This document shows, piece by piece, positions 46,320-55,495 of a stretch of 64,000 bases of DNA. Below the pieces are notes generated by a model. It was not told the origin of the DNA. It worked only from the letters and a program-made list of their open reading frames with translations, and ran no database searches. The translations under genes were made by a program, and so were the position numbers. Numbering within the stretch: the first letter of the stretch is position 1; the number at the start of each line of letters is the position of its first letter. Source of the DNA: Euryarchaeota archaeon UBA121 (GTDB lineage Archaea; Thermoplasmatota; Poseidoniia; Poseidoniales; Thalassarchaeaceae); the NCBI GenBank assembly GCA_002499865.1, contig DANL01000059.1, positions 5,460 to 69,459 of the forward strand. Direction: 5' to 3'.

Positions 46320-47840
46320 ATGGGCAACCCTAAGAAGGCTAAGAGAGGAATTCCTCCAAAGTCTGAATTCAACTCTTGGTACCCCTCTATTGTGGAGATA
46401 GCTGACTTAGTTGACAAAAGATATCCAATTAAGGGAATGGATGTTTGGAAGCCTTACGGATTGAGGGCAATGTCACTTATCGACTCCCTTACGAGAAATC
46501 AGATGTCCATGACAAATCATCACGAACATAGATTCCCTCTACTGGTGCCAGAAAATTTGTTGGATAAGGAGAACAAACTAGTATCTAGGTTGAAGGCGGC
46601 CAGAGAAGCCGGAGTAGACCCATCGGAACTCAGAATGGATGAAGAAGACTCGGGTTTCAAGAAAGAGGTATACTGGGTAACTCATGGAGGTGAAAACGAG
46701 TTAGACTCTCCTATGTTCCTTAGGCCGACCTCTGAGACTCCCATGTATACAATGTTCTCACTGTGGGTCAGAAGCCATACGGATCTTCCGCTGAAGACCT
46801 TCCAGATTGTCAATACCTTCCGCTACGAAACTAAACAGACTAGATCATTCATCAGAGTCAGGGAAATCCACTTTTTCGAGGCACATACGGTACATGAGGA
46901 CGAGGAGGGCGCCACAGAACAGATCTCCGAGGATGCCAAAATGGTCCAGAGTATCTTGCACGATCTCTGCCTCCCTAATCTGGTTTCTAAGAGGCCAATA
47001 TGGGACACCTTCCCTGGTGCTTGGTACACCATGGCCGCTGATGTTGTAATGCCCAATGGTAGGACCCTGCAGGTTGCCACATACCATCACTATCGAGACC
47101 AATGGGCTAAATCGTTCGATTTGAAGTATGAAGATCCAAATGGTGAAACTAAATTTTGCCACCAAACTACATTTGGCATGTCCGAGAGATTATTGGGGTC
47201 TGTAGTAGGAATGCATGGCGATGATCAGGGACTGATAATGCCTCCTGCAATCGCCCCTTTCCAAGTAGTTCTTCTGCCTATCGCGGCACACATTAGTGAT
47301 GATGTAATGAGTGAGATTTCCCAAATTAATGAGCGTCTTAGCAAAATTGGCATAAGGACACACCTCGACGACAGAGATGTCAGGCCAGGCGTGAAACATT
47401 TTGACTGGGAGATCAAAGGAATACCAATTAGGTTAGAACTCGGTCCCCGAGATATTGACTCTGGCAGCTTCGTCGTTACTGAGAGAACCGGTAAGAAGTA
47501 CGAAGCTAAAATCGCAAATCTAGAGGAGGCTATCGTCACTGCTCTAGATTCGGTTTCTAATGAACTCAGGGAGAGGGCAAATGAAGTATTCAATAGTCTG
47601 GTTGTTGAACTTCCGGATATCATCAAGTCTGACGATGGACATGAGTTTTCATCTCCTCTCAATGATGGCACAGTTTACTCCTTCCCATTCTGTGGAAACG
47701 ACTCTGACGCAGAGGTCCTCGAGAAGCTTTCCGGACTAACAATGCTAGGCGAATGCGTTGAAAAATACTCAGAGACCAGAAATTGCATAATAACTGGAAA
47801 ACCAACAACGAACAAGCATCACATGGCTAGAATGTACTAG
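46320..47840 (+). CDS. proS: Prolyl-tRNA synthetase (archaeal/eukaryal type)
   Basis: Class II motifs ('FRYETKQTRSFIRVREIHFFEAH', 'QTTFGMSERLLG') and a C-terminal zinc-binding domain typical of archaeal ProRS. Confidence 0.9.
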   Translation: MGNPKKAKRGIPPKSEFNSWYPSIVEIADLVDKRYPIKGMDVWKPYGLRAMSLIDSLTRNQMSMTNHHEHRFPLLVPENLLDKENKLVSRLKAAREAGVDPSELRMDEEDSGFKKEVYWVTHGGENELDSPMFLRPTSETPMYTMFSLWVRSHTDLPLKTFQIVNTFRYETKQTRSFIRVREIHFFEAHTVHEDEEGATEQISEDAKMVQSILHDLCLPNLVSKRPIWDTFPGAWYTMAADVVMPNGRTLQVATYHHYRDQWAKSFDLKYEDPNGETKFCHQTTFGMSERLLGSVVGMHGDDQGLIMPPAIAPFQVVLLPIAAHISDDVMSEISQINERLSKIGIRTHLDDRDVRPGVKHFDWEIKGIPIRLELGPRDIDSGSFVVTERTGKKYEAKIANLEEAIVTALDSVSNELRERANEVFNSLVVELPDIIKSDDGHEFSSPLNDGTVYSFPFCGNDSDAEVLEKLSGLTMLGECVEKYSETRNCIITGKPTTNKHHMARMY

Positions 47841-48700
47841 GCTCTTTTTCTGGCCGTGATCAACAACATGCCTGCAAACATCATTATCAGAGCACCGTCG
47901 ATTATGTCCCCTGTACCTGCCTCGCCCCAAGCTTCTTTACTCTCCAAATTTGAGTACTCTGCCCATATCAACCTTGTATTATCGTCACAGTAAGTACCCT
48001 GCTCTACAGATTCAGAAAGCACGGTAATGACCTGCTCTCCGGAGCCATTAGACCACGCTACAGGAAAACCATCTTCAAATAATGTAGACAGGTACGAGTA
48101 AGGCGGATTTTCTATTATCCAATTAAAGGAGGTTATTCGTGCAGATTCAGAAAGGTTCCATGCACTAATTCCATCTTCGACCACCTCACTAGATCCATTT
48201 TGAGACACACTCCACTCCAGAACATACTCTGAATAGTTGTTCAATCCATACATATTCCAAACGATATACAAAGTACCATTCTCGTTAAGATGAGAAGAAG
48301 TGCCCATTTCTAGCTCCTGTACAGGTTCCTCCTCAGAACACATTGTAATCACAGAACCCAATCCAAAAGACACATTGTAGGAAGAAATAATCAAGCATAA
48401 GAACACGATTAGAGGGATAACTATGCGTCTTCTCTTAACCTTAATTTTTTGATTATTTTCCGACTCCTGTGAACTTTCTGAATTGGGTATTTCTACTCCA
48501 CCATTGCCGTTTAATGTGACGGTTCCAAGTTCTGGAGGCTTTACTGGAGGCTCTACTCCCAAGTTCTCTAAAGCATCCCTTCCATAAATTCTCTCAGCCA
48601 TGTAGTAGAGCTCTTCGTCACCACTTATTTCAGAAGGTTGAATCGAACCATCTAGGACTCCCTTAATCCTCTCAGAGGCATCCATGGCGAGCGGTCTCAT
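47837..48700 (-). CDS. Hypothetical membrane-anchored protein (N-terminal TM after ~90 aa, C-terminal TM)
   Basis: 287 aa, AT-rich. Hydrophobic segments 'IVIPLIVFLCLIISS' and a C-terminal 'GALIMMFAGMLLITARKRA'. Confidence 0.4.
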   Translation of the reverse strand: MRPLAMDASERIKGVLDGSIQPSEISGDEELYYMAERIYGRDALENLGVEPPVKPPELGTVTLNGNGGVEIPNSESSQESENNQKIKVKRRRIVIPLIVFLCLIISSYNVSFGLGSVITMCSEEEPVQELEMGTSSHLNENGTLYIVWNMYGLNNYSEYVLEWSVSQNGSSEVVEDGISAWNLSESARITSFNWIIENPPYSYLSTLFEDGFPVAWSNGSGEQVITVLSESVEQGTYCDDNTRLIWAEYSNLESKEAWGEAGTGDIIDGALIMMFAGMLLITARKRA

Positions 48701-48747
48701 AGATACTTCATGAATGAAACCCCATCAATGATGAAATTAATTACGAT

Positions 48748-49689
48748 TCAGGACATTAACGATTCACACGAGATAGCAATATCTCCGTATGTTATTCCCA
48801 TGGCATCCATCAGCTCCTGGGGAGTCCCGCTCTCGCCAAACCTATCTGAAACGCCCACCATCCTCAGAGGAGTTACGCCGTTATAGGAGACATGCTCAGC
48901 AACGGCACTCCCCAATCCTCCAATTACTGAATGATCCTCCGCTGTTACCAGCCCCTTGCATTTACCCGCAAGTTCGTCAATCAATTCTGTATCGAGTGGT
49001 TTGAGTGTGTGCATATCTACTACCGTGGCCTCAATACCTTTGGAGGATAAGTATTCAGCTGCTTTCATTGATTCAGATACCATAACTCCACATGAAATGA
49101 TTGCTACATCCCCTCCCTCTCTCAGAACCGAGCCCTTTCCAATTTTCAAACTCTTACAGGTTTCTTGATCGTACATTCGAGGAGTTTTGTTCCTTGCCGT
49201 TCTTGTATATGATGGATTTTCGTGGTTTAGAAGCTGTACTGTCAGCTCTTCAGCCGAAAGATCATCGCAGGGATGCATCACTGTCATTCCTGGTATAGTC
49301 CGATAGAGGGCCAAATCTTCTATTGATTGCGCACTACTTCCATCTGTGCCAGTGTGCACACCTCCATGACTTCCACACAAATGTACTACTAATCCCGGTC
49401 TGGCTACCCCGTTCCTCACTTGTTCGAAACCCCTCTCAGTAAAAATAGCGAATGTGCTAGCAAACGGGATTTTCCCAGATGATGCCATACCGGAGGCTAC
49501 TAGGACCATATTTTGCTCTGCTATGCCAAGAGAAATTGTCCTCTCAGGATATAATTCCCTAAAATGACAAGATTTTGTAGATTTTCCAAGATCTGCTTCT
49601 AAGACAACAACTCTCGGATCACTGGACAATCTGAGTAGAGCCGAACCATATCCATCTCTGGATGCACCACCTGTAGAGGGAGCACTCAT
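48748..49689 (-). CDS. tktB: Transketolase C-terminal subunit (pyrimidine-binding + C-terminal domains)
   Basis: 'GIAEQNMVLVASGMASSGKIPFASTFAIF' matches the transketolase central-domain signature. The split gene arrangement is typical of archaea. Confidence 0.9.
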   Translation of the reverse strand: MSAPSTGGASRDGYGSALLRLSSDPRVVVLEADLGKSTKSCHFRELYPERTISLGIAEQNMVLVASGMASSGKIPFASTFAIFTERGFEQVRNGVARPGLVVHLCGSHGGVHTGTDGSSAQSIEDLALYRTIPGMTVMHPCDDLSAEELTVQLLNHENPSYTRTARNKTPRMYDQETCKSLKIGKGSVLREGGDVAIISCGVMVSESMKAAEYLSSKGIEATVVDMHTLKPLDTELIDELAGKCKGLVTAEDHSVIGGLGSAVAEHVSYNGVTPLRMVGVSDRFGESGTPQELMDAMGITYGDIAISCESLMS

Positions 49690-50522
49690 GACAACTCCTC
49701 CAATGACAAACGCAACTCTTCATCAGTAGGTGCCTTACCATGAAAGGATGGATTATTTTCCATAAATGACACTCCCTTTCCCTTCGTGGTATGCGCAATA
49801 ATTGCAGTTGGAGAGCTAATATTATTCGACGACCACTCTATTGCCGAAACCACTTCTTCCATTGAGTGGCCATCAATTTCTTTCACATCCCAACCGAAAG
49901 ATGAGAGTTTCTTTGCTACATCTCCCACTTCCATTTGGACCTCAACAAAATCATCATTCTGTATTCTGTTCCTGTCGACAATTAGATTCAATCTTCCAAC
50001 TGAGTGAAAATCTGCGGCCATAGCAGCCTCCCAAAACTGTCCTTCTTGTATTTCCCCATCTCCGACCATGACCCAAATATCTCTATCACTAGAATCCATC
50101 CTTGCCGCCAGGGCGCATCCAAGACCGAAAGAAAGCCCCATTCCTAAACTACCAGCAGAAAAATCAACTCCGTCTGTCCACTTCATATCTACATGCCCCT
50201 GACATACAGAGCCCATTTTTCTAAATGACATCATATCTGCCTCTGAAATAAACCCAACTTCATGAAGGATGGAGTAAACTGCAGGACTAGCATGCCCCTT
50301 GCTCATCACAAACCTATCCCTGTCCTCCCAATCAGGATTTTCTACGTCAAATCGTAATTTATTTGCATACAGTGCAACTAAAATATCAATGGCAGAGAGC
50401 GATCCTCCAGGATGACCGGCTCCAGCAGAATGAATCATTCTGACTATATGTCTCCGGCATTGACGAGCCAACTCTTCTAGCTGAACGTTGTCCATCAATG
50501 AAGTTCGGGTAACGGAATTCAC
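49686..50522 (-). CDS. tktA: Transketolase N-terminal subunit (TPP-binding)
   Basis: 'GAGHPGGSLSAIDILVALY', 'GDGEIQEGQFWEAAMAA'. Confidence 0.9.
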   Translation of the reverse strand: MNSVTRTSLMDNVQLEELARQCRRHIVRMIHSAGAGHPGGSLSAIDILVALYANKLRFDVENPDWEDRDRFVMSKGHASPAVYSILHEVGFISEADMMSFRKMGSVCQGHVDMKWTDGVDFSAGSLGMGLSFGLGCALAARMDSSDRDIWVMVGDGEIQEGQFWEAAMAADFHSVGRLNLIVDRNRIQNDDFVEVQMEVGDVAKKLSSFGWDVKEIDGHSMEEVVSAIEWSSNNISSPTAIIAHTTKGKGVSFMENNPSFHGKAPTDEELRLSLEELS

Positions 50523-50623
50523 ATGCCTGCTAGAAAATCTAACTAATGATGCTTTCCGGAGTCACCCCCTTACGATGACAGACGAATTCTTATGATGTCG
50601 ATACCCGACCAGTAGTTGTTACT

Positions 50624-51838
50624 ATGCCACTCGACGACGACGCAGTTTCTAATTCAGACTGGAGAGGTAGGCTTTCAACTATGGATATTCCTTTGGCAGT
50701 ATCTACAGATAATGTAACTCTAGATTGCCTCGAGACGCTCATCTATGAAGGTCGACTAACATTCGAACAAGGTGTGAAACTGATGATTAATCCAAGTCTA
50801 AACTCTGTCACCTCATTGGCTGATATGGTGAAGAAAGCTAGGTTTCATGATTACGTATTTTTCAATGATAATCTGCATGTAAACTCCACAAATGTATGTG
50901 TTTTGGCTTGTAGGTTTTGTGCTTTCAGAAAGGGTCCAAGACACCCAGATGCCTATTCATTGGACGTCGATCAGTATCTCGAAAGAGTCAGGCCCTATTC
51001 ATCTAGAATCGACGAAGTACATACTGTTGGTGGATTACACCCAACATGGACTGTTGCTGAGTATTGTGAATTGTTCTCAAATCTAAAAGATGAATTTCCA
51101 CACATTCACATTAAGGCACTAACTGCAGTCGAGATTAAGCATCTATCGATCAGGTCATCTCTTTCTTTCTCAGAGACTCTATCTAGGCTTTCTGAGGCAG
51201 GTCTTAATTCACTTCCTGGAGGTGGTGCAGAGATTCTAGTAGACAGTGTCAGGGACCGTATCTGTATGGGCAAGGAATCTTCAGATGAGTATCTAGATAT
51301 TCATGGGGTGGCTCATTCACTGGGCATTCCGACTAACTGTACAATGTTGTTTGGTACCGTTGAATCTGTGGAAGATCGGATTAACCATTTGTTGAGACTT
51401 AGAGAGCAACAAGATGCAACATCCGGGTTTCAGTGTTTTGTCCCTTATCCATTCTTACCTGACAAGACGAGACTGCCTGAAGCACAGCTCGCTACAGGGC
51501 AAGAGATAATACGCATGATTTCTGTCTCTAGACTAATGCTAGACAATATACCTCATATCAAGGCATATAGGATGAATATTGGAGACAAACTCGCCTCCTA
51601 TGCAATTAACTGTGGCGCTGACGATGTTGACGGAACCGTTGGCCATGAAGAAATAATGCATGAGGCTGGCAGTAAGACAAGCCTCACCACCAGCTCCGAA
51701 CAACTGGCCAGAATGGTAATTTCATCAGGCGCTACACCAGTAAAGAGAAACTCCTCTTACTCACAATTTGAAATAATCAGTCTACCAGAAGAAAACTCAT
51801 CCCAGGTCCTCCCCGTCATCACAGTCGAGGTTCCCTAA
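50624..51838 (+). CDS. Radical-SAM menaquinone (futalosine pathway) enzyme, MqnE/MqnC family
   Basis: 'NSTNVCVLACRFCAF' CxxxCxxC cluster motif of the MqnC/MqnE/CofGH group. It lies directly upstream of an MqnA-like gene. Confidence 0.65.
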   Translation: MPLDDDAVSNSDWRGRLSTMDIPLAVSTDNVTLDCLETLIYEGRLTFEQGVKLMINPSLNSVTSLADMVKKARFHDYVFFNDNLHVNSTNVCVLACRFCAFRKGPRHPDAYSLDVDQYLERVRPYSSRIDEVHTVGGLHPTWTVAEYCELFSNLKDEFPHIHIKALTAVEIKHLSIRSSLSFSETLSRLSEAGLNSLPGGGAEILVDSVRDRICMGKESSDEYLDIHGVAHSLGIPTNCTMLFGTVESVEDRINHLLRLREQQDATSGFQCFVPYPFLPDKTRLPEAQLATGQEIIRMISVSRLMLDNIPHIKAYRMNIGDKLASYAINCGADDVDGTVGHEEIMHEAGSKTSLTTSSEQLARMVISSGATPVKRNSSYSQFEIISLPEENSSQVLPVITVEVP

Positions 51839-52642
51839 ATGAGTTGGAAGGACGTAATTGGCAGGGTATCTTTCTCTAACTGTGACCCTATCTTCGACGG
51901 CATAAGTCCTGAGTGGAAAATCCTCTCAGCACCACCAGCATGGTTAACTGGTCATGTGATGAGAAGGGACTGTATTACTGCCCCCATTCCATCCGCAGAT
52001 TATGCATCCAACAGTGAAAAACTGATGCTACTTCCAGATATTGGTATTGTTAGTAACGGTGAAGTTGGCTCTGTACTACTATTCGGCAACCGTCCTATAG
52101 AAAATATGAGGGATATTGCACTACCAACTGACTCATCGACTTCCAAGGTATTACTAAGTTGGATAATAAAGAATCGTGGTTTAGATCCGAAATTCATTGA
52201 GACCGGACCGAACATAAATTCCATGTTGGAAAAATGTGATGGGGCTCTTCTTATAGGAGATAGAGCGATTTTAGCTTCAATTTCCCATCCAGAACTAGTG
52301 AAAATGGATTTAGGAGCTGAATGGACCAGAATCACAGGGCTACCAATGGTCTTTGGAGTATTCGTAGCTAGAAGGGACTCCCCAGAGGGAATTTTGAGAG
52401 ATGCACACTCTGAAATGATCAAACAAGTCAAACTCTTTGAAAGTGATCAAAAATGGAGATCTTCTGTAATATCCCGTACATCCAAGAAACTCGGATTTCC
52501 TGAAGAAAGGGTTGAAGAATATTTTAGGGAGGAGGTTAGGAATAGAATGTCTCAAGATGATATCGACGGCCTCTTATTATTTCTAAAAGAGGCATGTGGG
52601 ATGCTTGAGCCACCAGTCTGGCTTGAACTTCATTCTGAGTAA
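51839..52642 (+). CDS. mqnA: MqnA/MqnD-family protein (chorismate dehydratase MqnA-like)
   Basis: 267 aa periplasmic-binding-fold-like sequence. 'EKCDGALLIGDRAIL' resembles the MqnA 'ALLIGD.AL' segment. Confidence 0.5.
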   Translation: MSWKDVIGRVSFSNCDPIFDGISPEWKILSAPPAWLTGHVMRRDCITAPIPSADYASNSEKLMLLPDIGIVSNGEVGSVLLFGNRPIENMRDIALPTDSSTSKVLLSWIIKNRGLDPKFIETGPNINSMLEKCDGALLIGDRAILASISHPELVKMDLGAEWTRITGLPMVFGVFVARRDSPEGILRDAHSEMIKQVKLFESDQKWRSSVISRTSKKLGFPEERVEEYFREEVRNRMSQDDIDGLLLFLKEACGMLEPPVWLELHSE

Positions 52643-53109
52643 TTCAGTTTCCTGCTGGAAACCCATTCTAGTAGGTCTAGTGCTACTTCGCATGACTCTG
52701 CAACAACGATATCTTTGTCCTCCTTGAATCTCTCTAGGACGCCGAGAGCCGTTCTATCGCCTATAGCTCCTAGAGCCTCTGCCGCTTCGTGTCTGACCAT
52801 GACATCCTCTTCATAATCCTCAAGTCTTTCAATCAAGTAAGGTACCGCCGTTGAATCCTGCATTTGACCCATTACATATGCTATTTCATGCTTCAAAAGT
52901 GCTGATGTCGATGAAAAGGCAGCCGCCAGAGCTTCCACTGAATCATTACCGCCAATATTTCTGAGTGCGAATAAGGCCCTCATTCTCTGAAACATCTTCT
53001 CTTCTTCATCGCATAAAGTTGCCCTGAGTCTAGAGACGTCATTGACAGTGCTTGGTGGAGCAGGATCCACAGAATCAAACTCACTGACCTCAGGCCTCTT
53101 CTCATCCAT
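52630..53109 (-). CDS. Half-size deoxyhypusine hydroxylase (DOHH)-like HEAT-repeat protein with two His-Glu metal-binding motifs
   Basis: 159 aa. 'LLKHEIAYVMGQMQD' and 'VMVRHEAAEALGAIGD' match the paired HE motifs of eukaryotic DOHH (...RHEVAYVLGQ... / ...MVRHE(A/C)AEALGAI...). 'IVVAESCEVALDLLEW' matches the DOHH repeat terminus. It covers only one of the two symmetric DOHH halves. Confidence 0.6.
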   Translation of the reverse strand: MDEKRPEVSEFDSVDPAPPSTVNDVSRLRATLCDEEEKMFQRMRALFALRNIGGNDSVEALAAAFSSTSALLKHEIAYVMGQMQDSTAVPYLIERLEDYEEDVMVRHEAAEALGAIGDRTALGVLERFKEDKDIVVAESCEVALDLLEWVSSRKLNYSE

Positions 53110-53111
53110 GT

Positions 53112-54164
53112 TTATTCACCCGAACCAACGAAAACAATTGAATCTACGTCTAAATCAGTTCTGACCATGCCTATTTCTTGACCCTTTCGAAGGAATAATC
53201 GAATAGCTTCCCTCCCGTCATCTCCATAGTCAAGAGTTCTTTTATTCACATACATGCCGACAAATTCCTCGTTTGTTTCATCATCTATTCCTCTTCCCCA
53301 TTCCTTAGCAAATTTTAATGCATCCTCAGGGTTTGAGAGTGAATGCTCAATGCTATTTCTTACATCATCAGTAATTTTCCCACACATTTCTAATCCTAGA
53401 TCTTTCCTTACCACATTACCTCCCAAAGGTAGAGGCAGACCTGTTTCTTCATTCCACCATATTCCCAAGTCTAGAACTAGATTAACCCCCTCGTCCTTCC
53501 AGGTTAGTTGTCCTTCGTGAATAATGACCCCCACATCATACTCCCCACGCTTAACCGATGGCATAATCTCATCAAATGGTACCACCCTGTAGTCAACATC
53601 TCCCAGAGCCAACCTTAGTGATAGATACGCGCTAGTCCCAACTCCGGGAATTGCGAAAACCTTGCTTTTTGCTTCTTCTATGGTCATTTCTTCTCTCGAA
53701 ATTATCATCGGCCCATATCCCTCTCCCATCGAAGCGCCGCAGTTCATCAAATGGTACTTATCAGAAATATCGGGGAATGAGTGTATGCTAACTGCGGAAA
53801 CTTCGTAATCGCCTTTCATTGCATGCTGGTTCAAAGTCTCAATATCCAATAGGACATGTTCGTATCTTCTATTTCCAGTGTCTATTACGCCAGTTGTCAT
53901 TGCATGGAACATGAATGCGTCATCCGGGTCTGGTGAGTGTCCAACTCTGTACACAGTCTCATCGCTCATGTGCATACGCGTGCAAGACGATTCAAAACTC
54001 CTCCGTGTCATAACTCTCTGTAGTAAGAGTGAATAATCGCTACTATGACGAGTAGACATGCCGGACCCCGACAAGCTATCCACGGCCACAGGCCAGCTTG
54101 GTCCTATCTGCTTCGTCACAGGAAAGCCGATTACATTCTCAGAAGCTATAGTTGTTGATGACAA
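53112..54164 (-). CDS. mqnD: 1,4-dihydroxy-6-naphthoate synthase MqnD (futalosine pathway); likely true start at internal Met (53975)
   Basis: 'VYRVGHSPDPDDAFMFHAMTTGVIDT' parallels the MqnD N-terminus (LRLGxSPCPNDTFIFYAL..G.ID). The ~60 aa upstream of the internal Met look non-conserved. Confidence 0.6.
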   Translation of the reverse strand: MSSTTIASENVIGFPVTKQIGPSWPVAVDSLSGSGMSTRHSSDYSLLLQRVMTRRSFESSCTRMHMSDETVYRVGHSPDPDDAFMFHAMTTGVIDTGNRRYEHVLLDIETLNQHAMKGDYEVSAVSIHSFPDISDKYHLMNCGASMGEGYGPMIISREEMTIEEAKSKVFAIPGVGTSAYLSLRLALGDVDYRVVPFDEIMPSVKRGEYDVGVIIHEGQLTWKDEGVNLVLDLGIWWNEETGLPLPLGGNVVRKDLGLEMCGKITDDVRNSIEHSLSNPEDALKFAKEWGRGIDDETNEEFVGMYVNKRTLDYGDDGREAIRLFLRKGQEIGMVRTDLDVDSIVFVGSGE

Positions 54165-54255
54165 ATATGTGTGTTACGAGGCATACGTGGAATTGATGGG
54201 CCAGGGCTCCGCTACTGATTCTCGTGAAGTCCCATCCAAGCTACCTCTGGAATGA
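54058..54255 (+). CDS. Small hypothetical ORF (65 aa) in the mqnD-priS intergenic region
   Basis: Only an ORF in an otherwise non-coding gap. No family recognised. Confidence 0.2.
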   Translation: MPDPDKLSTATGQLGPICFVTGKPITFSEAIVVDDKYVCYEAYVELMGQGSATDSREVPSKLPLE

Positions 54256-54292
54256 TGGGCACCTTCATGAATGACTGTCCCCCCTAGGTAAC

Positions 54293-55465
54293 GTGGCCAT
54301 CGGTTGGAGTAGGTATGCACTTAGATTTGGGGACTACTATCGTTCCTTGTCTACCGGTGATTTGTGGACGCCACCAAGGCTACGTTCTAGAGAGTGGATG
54401 TTCATACCATGGGGTTCTAAACCCCCTGACAGACATCGAGCATTGCCGACTAAAGTTGATTTACTGAAGTATTTACAGACAAGGTCGCCACATTCATGCT
54501 TTCATAGTACGGCATATTATAATGACCCTAGCCAAAGAAAAATGGTTGAGAAGGGCTGGTTAGGTGCAGATTTAATATTCGATCTTGACGGAGACCACCT
54601 TCCCGGTGTTTCTGATAATGACTTCCCAGGAATGATGGAGAAAATTCAGGAACAGGCATGGAGTCTTTGGTCAGATTTTCTTCATCCGGAGTTCGGATTT
54701 AATGAGAGATATGTACAGACAACTTTCTCAGGCCACAGAGGATTCCATATTCATGTTAGAGATCCATCTTTGATGCATCTTGACTCAAACGCTAGAAGGG
54801 AGCTAGTGAACTATATCACCGGCGTCGGAATTGACGTTCAATCTGTAATGTCAGGGCCCAATATTGGATGGTCCGAAAGGATAGATCTGGGATTTGATGA
54901 TGTAGTTGGAAAACTGGCTGATATATCATCAGGAGAAAACCCGGTAGAATCCATAAATATGTTACATTCTAGCCTCAAATCAAGGAACTTCTCATGTTCT
55001 AAGGAACAGATCAAGAAATTGGCCTCTGAATCCATCGCAGGGGGACGAATTGATAGATTGAGGGAAGATAATAGTAGGACTGTCTTCACAACCAAGAAAC
55101 TCAATGAGGCATTTTGGGAATTGGTCAAGGGAGCTCCATTAGCCGTTGGAGAGACTGATGAAAATGTGACAGTAGATATCAAGAGAGTTATCAGATGGGT
55201 GGGTAGCTTACATGGTAAATCAGGTCTGAGAGTTACAGAGTTCCCACTTTCTAGATTGGAGCCGGGAAGAAGTAACTCATTCGATGCGATGTCCGAGTCG
55301 TCTGTTTTTAGTACACAGAATAGCTGCAAAGTAGAATTAATTGTTGATGATGTGACAACTAGGATATCAGGTCAGGAAGTCTCAGGATCTTCAGGCGATG
55401 TATTCGAAGTTCATGAGTCCATGGCAACTTTCCTGGGGCTCAAAGGTTGGGCAATCATGCACTAA
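54293..55465 (+). CDS. priS: DNA primase small (catalytic) subunit PriS
   Basis: 'IFDLDGDH' catalytic acidic motif and 'FSGHRGFHIHV' (SGxRGFH), both hallmarks of archaeo-eukaryotic primases. Confidence 0.8.
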   Translation: MAIGWSRYALRFGDYYRSLSTGDLWTPPRLRSREWMFIPWGSKPPDRHRALPTKVDLLKYLQTRSPHSCFHSTAYYNDPSQRKMVEKGWLGADLIFDLDGDHLPGVSDNDFPGMMEKIQEQAWSLWSDFLHPEFGFNERYVQTTFSGHRGFHIHVRDPSLMHLDSNARRELVNYITGVGIDVQSVMSGPNIGWSERIDLGFDDVVGKLADISSGENPVESINMLHSSLKSRNFSCSKEQIKKLASESIAGGRIDRLREDNSRTVFTTKKLNEAFWELVKGAPLAVGETDENVTVDIKRVIRWVGSLHGKSGLRVTEFPLSRLEPGRSNSFDAMSESSVFSTQNSCKVELIVDDVTTRISGQEVSGSSGDVFEVHESMATFLGLKGWAIMH

Positions 55466-55495
55466 TGGGGGTACTTAGGCATACTTAATCACAGA

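Noticed and set aside
54838-55329. 163-aa minus-strand ORF inside priS
   Set aside because: PriS catalytic motifs are on the plus strand. The antisense frame is low-complexity.
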